Assembly (NCBI RefSeq): GCF_006345805.1
Contig: NC_043007.1
Location: 49,724,001-49,788,000, forward strand
From: Octopus sinensis
Lineage: Eukaryota
DNA length: 64,000 nt
Reading direction: 5' to 3'
This document shows, in pieces, positions 15,645-30,820 of this stretch (position 1 is the stretch's first letter; every line of letters starts with the position of its first letter). Below the pieces are notes generated by a model. The model did no database searches. It was not told the DNA's origin and saw only the letters and a program-made list of their open reading frames with translations. The position numbers and the translations under genes were made by a program.

Positions 15645-15920
15645 CAGTACCAGGCACTGGCTCTCATGGCTTATGATCTTAACTGATTGGAAGTGCTATC
15701 ATGTACATGTTTTGTCTTGGTATAAAAGATTGGTTACAGCAAAGATTAGTTACAGCAAACATTCTGCTCAATACCATAGATTTGCATGTCAGTTTGAGTT
15801 TAACCAGTTGAGCATGTCCCGTAGTGGCTGATAATATATGCATCTCTGATCACGAGCAGAAGTAGTTGAGCATCATAGCCATGTGTTGAGGGAAATTCTT
15901 TGGATTTCGAATAATTCCAT
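15645..15920 (+). mobile_element. AAT-flanked repeat, 3'-truncated copy 3
   Basis: cagtaccaggcactggctctcatggc..gagcatcatagccatgtgttgag, interrupted before the PLE RT fragment. Confidence 0.7.
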
Positions 15921-15964
15921 TAAACTGTCCTGTGATCCTCCCCCCCCCCAAAAAAAAATACGTC

Positions 15965-16880
15965 GTCAGTGAACGAAGAACACCTATATTTTATGGTCTC
16001 CCTAAAATACACAAAATGTTCGAAAGATTTCCTCCATTGCGCCCAATTTGAAGCGGATATGAATGTTGCACGGCCAAAATTTCGTTATGGCTGGATGGCT
16101 TTCTGCTCCCCGTCGCAAAACGATCAAGTTCCTACTTTCGGGTTACCTTTGATTTTGTATCTAAAATCAACAACAGAGGCCGTATTGGGAATTTTTGTTT
16201 CTTTTTTGGTAACTATGGATGTTTCTTCCTTGGTAATCATGGATGTTTCTTCCAATATTGACCATAATGAAGGGGTAGAAGCATATATGGATGCCTTCGA
16301 AAAGCGGTCAAACAAAAGTATTCTATCAAATTTTCTCTGTAGATAATTGAGGTTTGTGTTAGAAAGTAACATAATGAAGTTTAGACAAAGATTTTACCAC
16401 CAGACGAAGGGTTGTGCCATGGGTACCCACATGGCAGTTAATTTCGCTAATGTCTTCATAGCGAAATTCGGGACTCAGTTACTGAAGACATTCAAACCCC
16501 TTCATGGTCGTGAACCAATACTCTGGTTACCGTTCATTGACGACTTCTTGCACTTCTGTGACTGTTATGCTAGGAACTATGGCTTTAAATCCAACATAAA
16601 ATTTTCGTCTAGTTTTCCAAAAACTAGCGTTGAATTTTTGGACACAAAAGTCAAGTTTTCTTAAGGTAGAATAGTGACAGAGTTATTTTGCAAGCCCACG
16701 TCATCCCATATTTATCTCCACCGCCGCTCCAATCATCCATATCATCTTATTCGGTCAAATCCGAAATCCCAATTTTGCAAAGATATTTTCCAGTTTATTC
16801 TCTGCCATCTGCTGCAATAGGTTCACCGTACATCTCTATGACCAAGTTCAGTTATGAAAATAGATTTCTTTCATTATAGG
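15965..16880 (+). pseudogene. Penelope-like reverse transcriptase, frameshifted
   Basis: TPIFYGLPKIHK..PPLRPI, LVTMDVSS(L)..NIDHNEGVEA, FYHQTKGCAMGTHMAVNFANVFI, WLPFIDDF, VEFLD, ELFCKPTSSHIYLHRRSNHP: the ordered PLE RT and thumb motifs. Confidence 0.9.
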
Positions 16881-17399
16881 GATTTCTTTCTGTTCAAAGG
16901 AATTAACCTAATTAGATTTGGTTAAGTCTATGATTTTTCCAAATACTATAATGCTCATAATTACGATAATGGCGTTTTAATTTGAATAAATTATTATTGC
17001 AATAAACCCATTAGAACAAATATCTGATGGTGAAAGTAGTGTGTAAGGATAAAAATGTTAGTTACGTAACACAATATTGAACGCTTGAATTAACTCTGAT
17101 ATAAGAGAGTTGTGGGTTAGTGAATTAAAACGAATAACAATTAATAGTGCAATTTGAACACCCTGTTCTTAAAAGACTGTAACATAGACTTTGAAGACAA
17201 GAGCATTTCATAATGAAAAATAATTGTTCCCCTAAATTTTATGTGCAAGAATTTATTTATGCGAAGTAGGTTGAAATTAATCATGGTTTTCATTCTATAA
17301 AATTTGGTTGGTTGGCGGATAGCGATTAGTATTTCTGGTGATGAGATGTCACACTATGTTGATCGATTGCTAATTGTTGGTGCTCGGTTTATAATTGAT

Positions 17400-17580
17400 C
17401 ACATGATGTATGTGTATCGCTCTCCAAGCTTGTCTCGGAAGTACATACAATGCTGCTGTTTTCTCTGTAGTAGTGAAATATGAGGTGCTACGTTGTTGTA
17501 GGCGATATTGTGTAGCCGTTCTGTCAGCCCTATATAGCCATACTGTCTTTTCTTGACTTCAGTACCCTATATTATGTATT
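17400..17580 (-). pseudogene. Possible GIY-YIG endonuclease fragment (PLE)
   Basis: Minus strand reads ..QYGYIGLTERLHNIAYNN.., resembling YIG.T.R; decayed. Confidence 0.4.
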
Positions 17581-18899
17581 TCTCAAGGTGTTTTCTTTTC
17601 AGAGAAACACATTAAAAATACTTTGAGAAATACCTTTAACAACTCAATGTTGGCTACTGTGACAGTAATAGTTCTGCATGATGATCTTTGATAACAGAAG
17701 TATTGCTCGACGTAGAATGGAAGTTCACTTATACATCAAACAATTGGGTCATTTGTTCCAGTTCGGGAAATGGTTCTTGGTAGAAGCAAAGTTTCTAGCT
17801 ATTCTAGTTTTATTCTGTAGATTTTAAAGTGGTATAAAATGAAGTAAAAGAAAGACATATTGTTATGTTTAAATATATTGGTCCTGATTAGACAGATAAA
17901 CAGACAGACAAGAAAACGCAGTTGTAGTTAGCTTACAAACTAACAAACTAAAAACAAAGTAAACACTAAAATATAAATATAAATAGCTTGTATATAGTTA
18001 GAAGACTAACGAGAAATAGCAGCCAGACAAGCCTGGAATCAAATCTTTCTACCTTTAAAAGGAAGGACACATCGGATAAAGTTGTTGTTTAGCTCTAAGT
18101 CAGACGAAGCTGTCCGTGTTTTTGAAAATCGAGGATCACGCTGTTGGTTATGTTCTTTGTTCTTAAAGAGAGCACTATGTGATCTGAGAGAGATCTTACT
18201 GCTAAGTTTAGCAAGACGAATAAACATGTTGAAAGCCTGTCGTATATTTACAATAGATAAAACATTTCTAAACAGGATGGGCACTGTTAGAACACCTTTA
18301 GTCGTATGCATGCTTGACCAAGGATGACTGCAGTTTTTAGCTCCAGCCGAAAATCTCACAAAAATTATAAAGCTTATTCCATATTAAATACAAAAAACTT
18401 ACTCCTAAATAATGCAACCAATATCCTAACATAAATGGAAATGTTCTCATGAATTGACCCTTAAAAACTCACTTGATCGTCATGTACTGTGGATAAATAT
18501 AAGAGTAAAATGAACTGTTTCTCATGAACTGCATCAAACTCACAGGCAAACATAAAATTTAACATGGCTGTCAAAGCCTCTTGCAGCTATCTACGTATGA
18601 TCGTTATAAATGAAGATTAGTGAGTATCACCACACAGCTCTAGTGACAGCATTTGAACTACTTTAGCTTTCAGTATCAAAGGAAATAAAGCTGGTCCTAT
18701 ATTCAATTTTTACGGCTGTCTGGTTAATAATGATGGTTACTCCCGTTGGTTTCGACGTATCAGCGTTTGCAGGAGGGGACATAGTTAAAAACATAAAAAG
18801 CAACTAAGAAGCTGCATATATTTGCGATGGCTGTGTGAATGTAATTTCAGTCAGTTCAGGTATGGATTTTGCTATGAAGTCGCAATAGAGACAGTGACA

Positions 18900-21065
18900 A
18901 TTTTGATTTTACCTGGGATTGGGCAAGTGTGTCTGTTGATTGCAGGTTATGGTTCTTTATTGTTCATTTTCTTCAATTCAAATTGTTTGGATGCCTCGTA
19001 ACCTTTTTTACGCTATGCAAATCGATGTCCCAAGATGTCAAGTTAAGCTGTAAAGATTTGGGGGATTGCTTCAACTTATGCTTATATCTAAGAACAAATC
19101 TTCCTTTACCGCGATATCCAACCACCTGTTAGCCATGCAGAAGACTTTTCGGAATGCGGTCATGTTTCATTCGAACATGTCCTAACTATCTGCACTGAAT
19201 TCCCATCAGCATGCTTTGAATACTGGAGATATCACACCTTCCTAAGATTTTGGCATTGAATATCCTATCTTGTCATTTTATGCTGCATATATTGTGCAAA
19301 AAGCAAATGTGGAAGGTTTCAAGTTTCTTCATGTCTGCTCCATAAAAAGCGTGCTCATAATACAAGATTTGTATTCACTTATTTTCGTTTTCAGACTTTC
19401 ATCGCGTTCATCCCACAAAGGATGGACAAGTCTTCCAAAAGCACTTGTTGCCTTAGCCATTCTAACATTGATTTTGTCGCCAAGAGTCTCTTCAAATTTA
19501 CTGTACTTCCAAGATGTTTAAATGACCTGATCCATTTGGGAGGCTTGTTGTTTATCATCAAGTTTGAATCTTGAGTATATCCTGCCCTAGGCCTTGGTTG
19601 GAATAAAGCACCATTCTTCTTGGTGCAGTCAGTCTAAATGCACGAGCTGCCGCAACAAACCTGTCGACCGTTTCCTGAATTCCCTCAAATATGTGAAAAA
19701 TCAAAGCACAACCATCAGCAAACAGTAAGTTATGCAGGATCTCTTCCTTGATCTGAAACTTTGCCCTTCCACATTTAATAGACCTCCTTCTGTGCGAAAC
19801 TGGAATTTTATACATTCATGTAGTCCCTAAAAGCATGCTGGAGCATCTTTGGAAAGAATATGGAAAAAAGTACAGTGGCAACAGAAAATGCCTCTGAACA
19901 TTGACAATTAGATATCACTGTTACCATCATTCTTTTATGCAGGGATACTATTACCTTCATCATATTATCAGAAAGTCCAACTTTTGACAACATTTTCTTG
20001 AGCGCCTCATGATTCACTGTATCAAAGGCCTTGGTCAAGTCGACAATGATCATATACAAATCAGTATCTTGTTCACATGCTTTCTTTCGAACTTGTCGGG
20101 GGGCAAATACCATGTCAACTGTGCCTCTCCCAGGTCGAAATCCACATTGGGATTCAGGATATATGCTGTTTATTACATGTTTATAGATGCGGTTGAGGGT
20201 TACCCTCGCAAGAATTTTTCCAGCTATTCACAACGTGCTTATTCCTTGTGATTATCACATATACTCTTCTTTCCTTTGAATTTGGACAAGTGCGTTATAG
20301 ATACATCTTTGAACTGCTGGGAAAGAGATTCACTTTCCCAGATCAAACAAATCAATTTGCGCAGCTTTCTTACAATTTGTCTGCCACCATGCTTGTACAC
20401 CTTTATAGGAATACGGTTTTGTCCAGGAGCCTGACCATTGGGAATTGTTTTGATAGCAGCACTTATCTCTTCCAAAGAAGGATCTTCCGCTAGTTCTTCA
20501 ATTATAGACCACTGGGGGATTTCGTTGATTACTTCAGAAGCGGTAGGATTCTTGATTTAATTACAGATTTAAAGTGTTCAGTCCAGCATTTCTGAATTTC
20601 ATTTTGCTACTTAGAGTTTTGTTCCACCGCTAGAAAGAATAGGTTCTGTGGCATCCTTTCTTGGACCAAATAAAACCCTTTAGATTGATATACAGTGCTC
20701 TCAAGTTGCGAGAGTTAGCAGCCTGTTCCAATTCTTGGGCATTTTTTGCCCACTATGAATTTTTCATCACACGCAGTTTTTCTGTGTAGTTTTTCTAGAG
20801 GAAATGTATAAGGATCTCAGTGTTGGTGAGGTTTTGTCTGAGATCCACGCCTTGTGTCTCTTGTGCAAAGTTTCTAGGAGAGGTTTAAATTGAGAATCGT
20901 TCTTGTCGAACCAATTTTGGTGCTTGCATTTCACGAACCCCAGAGCAACATCTGCAGATGATTTGATGCTGTCATGAATATTGTGCCATAACACCCCAGG
21001 ATCGTTACATTCCTTTATTACCGCTAGCTTTGAGTTAACAACAACATTTCCAGGTGTTTTGTCAA
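18900..21065 (-). mobile_element. Decayed RTE-clade LINE (5'-truncated)
   Basis: NWFDKND, EEISAAIKTIPNGQAPGQNRIPIKVYKHGG..LWESESLSQQFKD, DLYMIIVDLTKAFDTVNHEALKKML, NLLFADGCAL and LRYKHKLK in correct order on the minus strand. Confidence 0.9.
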
Positions 21066-22253
21066 TAACGTTGATAAAAGCTTTTCTAGTCTTTATTGGT
21101 GTATATTGACATGTGTATATCCGTCTGTGTGTGTAATACATTTATTAACATTCTGCACCAAGCTGATGTCATAAGAAAATAAGAAAAAAACAAGCGTTAC
21201 CTATATTTTATAAATGTCACATTTAGACACTGGAAACAATTTTAAGCATTTGTTCCCTGTTAGATATGTGTCCCTAAAAAAAGACGGTTGTATAAAACAC
21301 AAAAATTTCATATGGCTTTTATACAAACATTAAACGTAACGGACTGATTGATCGACTTACTATATCACACATTAAGTGATTATGTCTCTCTTCAGTAAAT
21401 TTCCATCCTTATTACAAACAATCAGAATGAAAGCATTCCACATTTACACATAATAAACATTTCTTACGTAGTCACAATCCCCACTTTGAAGGTTATATGA
21501 TACAAGATTGAATCAACCAGTATTTTAGCTGTATATATTTTATCGTTTCAGATAGAATGAATGGCTAAGTCAATCTCGGTGGGATTTCAAATAATAATGT
21601 GAAGTGAAGTGAATAAACGTAAGGTACTTTGCATTTTCTTCGGTCCATTATCTTTCAGTGTAGATTTCTAAATTTGGCTGAAGGTCATACATTTTAGAAG
21701 AGAAATGTACTCAGGTTTAATGATACCACCCTTGGTACATGACTGGCACACGTTTTATCAACTAGAGAAGATGAAAGTAAAATTCGATCCTGGTGAGATT
21801 TGAATATAGACTAGGGATGTTAACAAATACTAACAAGGCAATTAGTTCAGTGTCTTGCTGATTCTGTAATCAACAACCTCCAATATTAATTAAAATATGA
21901 GTCTTTGCGTTGGTACAAGGACACAATTTAAAATGAGAGATATATTTAATTAATTTAATTGCAGTATGCAGCTAACATCTATTTTACTATCAGAGGGTAA
22001 ACGCAGAATGCTAAAATATTTAAATTAAATTCTATAGAACAGTGTTTCGTACCCTAGATGACTGTACCTCCTTGAGGGCTTTATTAACTTGCAAGGAGAA
22101 AACAAATGTTAAGGAGCGCTATAGGGTGGCGGCGCTACGTGGCGTAGAGTGTTAAGGCTGCTCTTAAAAAACAAAAACTAGGTACAATACTTTTATCTTA
22201 AGCACATTCTCAATTATATTCCTTTCAAATATAATACCTCAAGCACAGAGAAA

Positions 22254-22376
<123 letters not shown>

Positions 22377-22389
22377 TGTGTGTGTGAGT

Positions 22390-22431
<42 letters not shown>

Positions 22432-23344
22432 TATGCATGTATGTATCATATATCTAACTGACTAACCAACAAACCAACCAACCAACCAACCGACCAACCA
22501 ACTAACTAACCAGCCAACCAACCAACAAACGAGCCAACAAACGAACCAACCGAACAACCGACCAACCAAACAAAATGACCGACTGACTGATGATATAGTG
22601 TAGTCAGTAATACATTGTTACTTAGTTTTCCCTGAGGGAGTAAAAAATCCTAATCAAACATTGGGACACTGACTCATTAAACGTAGCAGAAATATATTGC
22701 ACTACCTTGTCTGGAATGGAAATTTTCCTTTAAATGTTACCAAACATTAGAGAAAGAATCATTAAAGCAGCTGGGAGAGTTTCGGACATTATCCTGCGAT
22801 AGGAAAAAAAGTGGTGTATGTCACTAAAAGTGATATTCATTGGGAAAGCAGAAGAGTAAAGTTCAATGAATTGTGTGAAAAAAAAAAGGTATAGCAGAAA
22901 TCAATGTTAGTCTGCTTAATATGGGACGGTTATGCAGTACCAAAATCTTAACATGTATTTTAAGATATGGAAGAATGTCCTAAAAAAAATGAAAAAAGCA
23001 TTTCCATCTTCTGTGTAAGCATTTACTAGAAATACTGATTGTATTAACCCTTTCGCAGCTGTACATAAAACGATTACTAATTTTACGTTTGCGCTCTATA
23101 GTGTAGTTTAGTTTAGCAGAAATGACGTTTGCTTCACATATATTCACCTCTGTATAGGTTTGATGAGCAAGTATTGATATTTATGCGTATGCATTGATGC
23201 TCTATTAATTTAGCTGGTTCCGGTATAATATCTTTTATATTTGGTGTATAGTTGTACTTCGTTTTTGAAATATCATTGCCGAATAGATTTTTGCGTAACC
23301 ATGTATCTATATCACACACAAACACACAGACACGCGCGCGCGCG

Positions 23345-23391
<47 letters not shown>

Positions 23392-23702
23392 ACACACACT
23401 CACACTCATCATTTTATTCTTTTAATTCTCTCAGTCATTTTAGTCGAAGAAATTGACACCAGGACTTATATTTTATAAGCCTAGTACTTATATATAAGTA
23501 CGGTCCCTTGTGCAGAACTGCTAATTTACAAAGGGACATAAACGCAATAGCATCCGTTGTCAAGCGATGGCAGAGGGACAAACACAGACACGAAAATATA
23601 TACATACATACATACATACATACATACATACATACATACATACATACATACATGCATACATACATACATAAATACATGCATACATACATACATACATATC
23701 TA

Positions 23703-24150
<448 letters not shown>

Positions 24151-24323
24151 CACACACACACATATATACATACATACGACGAGTTTCTTTCAGTTTCCGT
24201 CTACCAAATACACTCACAAAACCCTAGTCGGTCCGAGGCCATAGTATAAAACATTAGCTCAAGGCGACACGTAATAGGACTGAGCCGGAAGTAAGCTACT
24301 TACCGCATGGCCGTGCCTGTGCC

Positions 24324-24362
<39 letters not shown>

Positions 24363-24399
24363 ATGTGTGTGTGTGTATGTGTTTATGTATATATATGTT

Positions 24400-24452
<53 letters not shown>

Positions 24453-24566
24453 GTATGTATATATATATATATATACTGTAGCTCGAATTTGCAGAATACA
24501 AGACGAAGACAAGTGTGGGAACATCAAACAGGTGTATTAGTTTAGCCCTCGGGATGAAGGGAAAAG

Positions 24567-24604
24567 TCTTTGACGTTTCGAGCCTATGCTCTTCGACAGA
24601 AAGA
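24567..24604 (-). ncRNA. Minimal type I hammerhead-like motif (A6U core variant)
   Basis: Minus strand TCTTT CTGTCGA A GAGC-ATAG-GCTC GAAAC GTC AAAGA: 5-bp stem I, 4-bp stem II, GUC site, loopless palindromic stem III (ACGU). Confidence 0.6.
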
Positions 24605-24658
24605 ACTGGGAGTTAAAAAAATAGTAGAGGGAATAATGTGTAGGAAATAAGGGGTCAA

Positions 24659-24701
<43 letters not shown>

Positions 24702-24817
24702 CGTGATCACCGTGACCGACCAGGCTATCAGATGTTGTTTCACATCGCTGGTCACAATGCGTTTCGCATTGTTTTAGCCTTCAAATGACGCCACCCCGCT
24801 GGCTAAGCGAGCAGGCC

Positions 24818-24895
<78 letters not shown>

Positions 24896-26795
24896 GCACC
24901 AACATATGGATGAGTCTGCCTGTGCATGAAAAGCTTTAAAAAATTGTGTTTGCGTGAAGACAGAAAGTGAGAGTGAAAGAGGAAAAGAGTGGTAAGAAGA
25001 GCGGGAGTGAAGGAAAGAGGAGGATAAAGGAGTGGGATGTAAAAACAGAGATGCAATGGAGAAGGTTAATACAGAAAGAGCTATAACAACGAATTGAGTT
25101 AATTTTTATGTCTCTTCTGTCGCTTAATTCATTCCAAGGTTAAAGTATAGCGAGACGGAAAGCATTTAGTAGTTGCATATTAAAATATATATATATAAGA
25201 TCTCCATAATTAAATGGCTTATGTAAATTGGTCTCGTAAAATGCCGGACGTTATTTAACTTTCTCTTGAAAGAAAATCAAAATACTGAAATTATCTGGAA
25301 TTTTATGCAATTGATGTTTACTTGTATTTCATCTTTCATTATAACCTTGATCTCACATTTGCTTTTTACTTCTTTTCCAGCTTACAAGATTCTCGGGTCA
25401 AAAGGAGAGACGAAGCACACGAATAAAGAAGATTGCATGAAAGTATGTATGCATGTACGTATTATGTTTGTATGTATGTATTCCTGTGTGTGTCTTTATG
25501 TATACATGTATGTGTTTCCATGTATGTATGTAAGTACATATGTATGTATGTTTGTATATATGTATATATGTATATATGTATGTATGTAAGTATGCATGTA
25601 TGCAAGTATGTATGCATGCACGTATGTATATACGTAAGTATGTATGTATTCATGTATGTGTTTCCATGTACGCATGTATGTATGTACGTATGCATGTATG
25701 TATGCATGTGTGGATGGATGGATGGATGGATGGATGGATGGATGGATGGATGGATGGATGGATGGATGGATAGGTGGATGTACATATGTACGTAGGTATG
25801 TATATATGTATGTACGTATATATGAATGCAAGAATGTATGAATGTATATGTGTACGATTTCGTATGTATGTATGTGTATGTATGCGTGTTTGTGTGTATG
25901 TGTGTATATATGTAAGTGTGTATGTATGTATCTACGTATGTATGATTACGTATGTCTGTAAAGAAGGGTGGATATAAGCATATATGTAAAAATGTATATA
26001 TACATATAAGTGTGTGTGCATAAGTGTATGTGTTTGCAATACATACATGTTTTATGATTTAGTGCTTAAATTTCATTAAGGTTAATTTTGCCTTTCAGGA
26101 GATCAAGTATAGTGTTACTGTATTCTCCCTCTTTGGCATAAAGATAAATGTAAATATTTATATACATACACCCCGCCCCGATATATATATATATATATAT
26201 ATCATAAATATATTGTATGTATGTCTTTCATCTATTTCTCTATCTATCTCTCTATCTATCTGTCTAAATATCTATGTCTGTTTGTGTGTGTGTGTGTGTG
26301 TGTGTGTCTGTGTGAGTGGATGTATGTGGATGTGTGTGTTCTTTTGTGTGTGTTTGTGTGTTCGTGCACGCGTGCGTGCTTGTGTGTATGTGTATGTGTG
26401 TGTGTGTGTGGTTCTAATCTGGTGATCATACAATGTACAAATATGAAAGAACTTCATGTTTTAAAACGAAAATTGCATAATTAAACTTATTCATATCCAT
26501 TCACCGTGGTCACAACGTTTCAGCCAGGTGTATATCCTGTAAACGTCATAAGAGGAGAAATATTCTTTTCTACTCTAAAGCACAAGGCCCGAAATTCTTG
26601 TGGAGGGTGCCATTTGATTAGATTTACAACTGGTACTTAATTTATCGACCCCGAAAGTATGAAAGGCAAAGTCAACCTCGGCGGAATCATCAGAGGAGAA
26701 ATATTAATATGCTTTCAATACTTACATACATATATGCATAAATACACACATACTATATGCATAAATACACACATACATGTCTGTTTGTTTGTCTG

Positions 26796-26872
<77 letters not shown>

Positions 26873-26999
26873 AAAATTCTTAGAAGGAATATAGAAATCT
26901 ATCGCTGTTGTTTGGATAACGAACGATCATGTTACAAATTCAAGTTTAGGAAAGTCTTATATACATTCTTCTGCTCTACATACATATTGTGTCGGTAAA

Positions 27000-27130
27000 G
27001 TTTGAGTTATCCCGTCTTTTCCATATAGTCATTTAGGTATTTCCTAACGTAACCAAAAGCACCAATGATTATTGTTATAAAAGTGAATCTGTAGCAAGGA
27101 CAAAGAAGCTGCAGGTTCTCATAGGATAAT
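27000..27130 (-). mobile_element. RLE-type non-LTR retrotransposon C-terminal fragment
   Basis: [26 protein letters not shown], corresponding to the (P)IIIGALG motif of RLE elements. Confidence 0.55.
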
Positions 27131-27265
27131 ACATACATACAATCATAATACATACATACATACATGCATGAATACATACATACATGCATACATATATGCA
27201 TACATACATATATACATACATGCATACATACATACACTTATGCGTGAGTATATATATGTATATAC

Positions 27266-27317
<52 letters not shown>

Positions 27318-27329
27318 GGAAACGTACAT

Positions 27330-27510
27330 CAAACAAGTTTGTCTTATTAGATGTCCGTCTTTACATTCTGAGTTCAAATTCCTCCAAGGCCGACTTTGCC
27401 TTTACTCCTTTGCGAGTCGATAAAAGAGGTACTTGTGGAACTCTGAAGTCAATATAATCGACTTACCCACTTCCGTGAAATTACAGGCTTTGTGCCAAAA
27501 TTTGAAATCA
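27330..27510 (+). mobile_element. SINE copy (5'-truncated)
   Basis: gtccgtctttacattctgagttcaaattcc..gactttgcctttactcc..gtcgataaaag..ggctttgtgccaaaatttgaaa. Confidence 0.65.
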
Positions 27511-29361
27511 ATATCAAAATGGCGAAGAAAAAATGCTTTTTATGCAAATTATGTATACGTATATAATTTGATTCCTGTTTTCAATTCATTGAACAAATAA
27601 TGCTTCTAGAGGATGCATGATCGCCTTTACTTTCCATTTAACTTGTGACACAAATCTAATTATGCTATCATTATTTATTTTGTCATTCAATCGTACATCG
27701 TGCAAATTGATTTGGCATCAAAATCTCATGGAATCTGCAGGATAAGAGACATAGAAATTTTTACAAATCTTTGGTAGAAATACTGTTATTTTATAATTGA
27801 ATGTTTGACTATATAATTACCCCGTTCCCGAATTTGTTTAATAATATAATCTTGCGTGAAGGTCACCCAGTTTTACACTCACTGTGTCGACTGGTTACTG
27901 TGACGCAAACATAAGGCGGAAATTACTTGTGACTTAACGTTCAGTTCTTACTTAATCTGTATTTTCATTTTAAACAGCACGTAGCGGAATATAACATTCA
28001 GACAGCATCCGGAAGTTGATTCAACAGCACAACATCCTGTCAAATCGACTCCTGCAGGCAGTCGACAGATGAAGTATCATAATTTACAAGTCAGGCAATA
28101 TTAGTGACGCAGAGTGAGGAAGTTTTAAGTTGATCGCCGTTATTTGCTCGTAAAAGTAGCAAAAGAATGAGTTAGAAGGAAATAAAGGAAAAAATAACAA
28201 CCAATAAGCTGACTCATGTAATTACTATGTAATTAGGGAAACCTGGCGAAGCCAGCTCGAACGACTAAGAGCCAGGCCCCATGTTCGTATTCCAGACTGA
28301 TATTATTTTAATTTCATAAATATATATTTCTATGACTACCGTTCGCTGCTTAATGTTATTGTTGTTGTCAAACACGCACCTCTCTGCATTTATAACAATC
28401 TTTTCTCTTTTGTACTTCTCTCTATTTATTAAATCTCAACACATACATTATAATAGACGTCTTAATGAATAAGTTAGTCAATCCATTTACACTATAATTG
28501 GCGTTTTCCTTTTATTATTGCTACTGTTGTTGTTAAACTCCAGGTGTTCTGTATTACTGCAAACATTTGAACATATGTGTTTTAGATAGATAGGTGTTTT
28601 AGATAAAACAATAAAATAAGGCAAGGACTTTGACTTAAATAAGCCAATAATATGAATTTGGGTAATGAGGTGAATATGTGATGTACAGAATTCTTAATAA
28701 ACTGGTATGAGTTTCTCCGTAGGAGAAAGAAGACAAATATAGAATCGAAATTATTAGCAGTTCTCAAACAAAAGATATGAAAATTTCAAAAAACAAAGAA
28801 TTATTTTACATGCTTAGGGGAAAGTTTGATATTTGTTTACGAGCAAGAGGAGCCGCTATAAATATATATTTCTGTCTACTTAACCCTCATTAATGCAGCT
28901 TTCTCAAATCAAGCCTTATCAGCTAACAAAGGTTTGCTCGTATAGAAAGAAAAAGATAATGGAATTTTGACCTGTACTTCACATGATTTTAAATTAAAAT
29001 GAGCTAACGAAAATGACTCGGAAAAATAAATTAATGGATGATATACTTGAAGCGTGTACTCATTGAATGAGGCCTCACTTAATGTTTGTCAAGCATGCAG
29101 GTCTCTGTACCTATAGAGTCTAACATTACTGATATTAGTGGTAACGTATGTATACATCTGCTTCTCCGACACGTATTTGCTTTGCCTTTCAATTCATCCA
29201 GAAAAACCTAGCTGAGAGAAATCCTATGGCTATGTCCGAGGAATAATTATGGTAGCTTAAATTAGTCCCGCCTAAGATTACCATAACTCAGTTTTTGCAT
29301 TACTAGAAAAGACAAACGTTTGCTATTCATTTATTTGTTCATGTGTGTGCATGCGTATAGC

Positions 29362-29449
<88 letters not shown>

Positions 29450-29562
29450 TATATATTTGTGTGCAAGATTTTTAATGTGAAATCGTGTGTTGAAACAGAT
29501 ATTGTTGTATTTCGGAATGGTCATTTTGCCAGTTTAGCTTTAGAAGGACCCTAGACAAACTT

Positions 29563-30003
29563 ATGCTAAGGATTAAGGTTGTTGAAAAGCCAGGCAACCC
29601 TATCAAATCCATAATCGGTAGAACCTACCCTTTTAGTAGAACCCCATGTACGGAGAGGTACTGTACTGTGTGTAGATTTAGCCCACAAACAAACTGTAAA
29701 GCCAGAAATGTAGTCTATAGTATAAGATGTATAGAGGGACGATGCAGTAACAAGACAACGACATACGTAGGGGAAACGGCACGAAGCATAGGAGAGCGAA
29801 TAAATGAAAATTGGAGAGAGCTTAAGGAAAGAAAGAGCTCATCGATTCTGTACCAACACGCCAAGCAGGAACATGGGCGCTCAATCAACAACATAGAAGT
29901 TAAAATCTTGTCTACACATAGAACAGGCGCAACAATCAGACAAATTACGGAAGCTACACACATAATAGAAGATAAACCTAGCCTGAATAGGAAACTGGAA
30001 TAG
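29563..30003 (+). pseudogene. Penelope-like GIY-YIG endonuclease domain (open frame, 5'-truncated)
   Basis: CTERYCTVC..NCKARNVVYSIRC..TYVGETARSIGERINE..SILYQH..EH..KIL..RQITEA..KPSLNRK. Confidence 0.9.
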
Positions 30004-30258
30004 AACACTAGCACACACCACAACATATGACAGAAGAAGATCCCCATAAACTGGTTACAATATAAACAAAACTGAAAACATAATAAAATAAAATAAAATA
30101 CACAGATAAATAAACAAATGGAAGTAAATAACTATATACATTTAAAAAATGTGTTTTTAAATAAAAAAAATTGAATTAAAAAAATTTTTTTTATATTATT
30201 ATTTATTACTAGTATTGTTGTTATACATACATACATACATACATAAATACAAGCATAC

Positions 30259-30332
<74 letters not shown>

Positions 30333-30748
30333 AATAATGATGATAATAATAATAATAAGTGGGTGTAAACACATGAACAAAATAAGAATAAACAAAAACA
30401 AAAACAAATTACACGAACGTATATAAACAGAAGATACAAATATTACAGGCATTCCCCCCCACACACACACTAACTAAACATAGACGCACATAGAGATATA
30501 CACATGCGCAAATGAAGACACATGCAATAGAAATACAAAATGGCTGATGGTTAGTAAGGAGAGACACACAAATAAGAAAGAAGATAGCAAAGGACCACTG
30601 ATGCGGTTACAGAAGTGTGACGAAAGAACTCTAGCCGAAATAAGATTAAGATTAATGTAAAAAATAAATAACACTGAAGCAAAGTAATACGAAATATATA
30701 GTGCGTGAGTTTTTATTGGCTAAACTGGCAATATGACCATTCTGAAAT

Positions 30749-30820
<72 letters not shown>

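Noticed and set aside
18039-18359. 106-aa minus-strand ORF as a PLE N-terminus or host exon
   Set aside because: No motif I can identify with confidence in any frame.
23040-23065. piggyBac terminus (ttaaccctttcg)
   Set aside because: No matching opposite terminus or transposase found.
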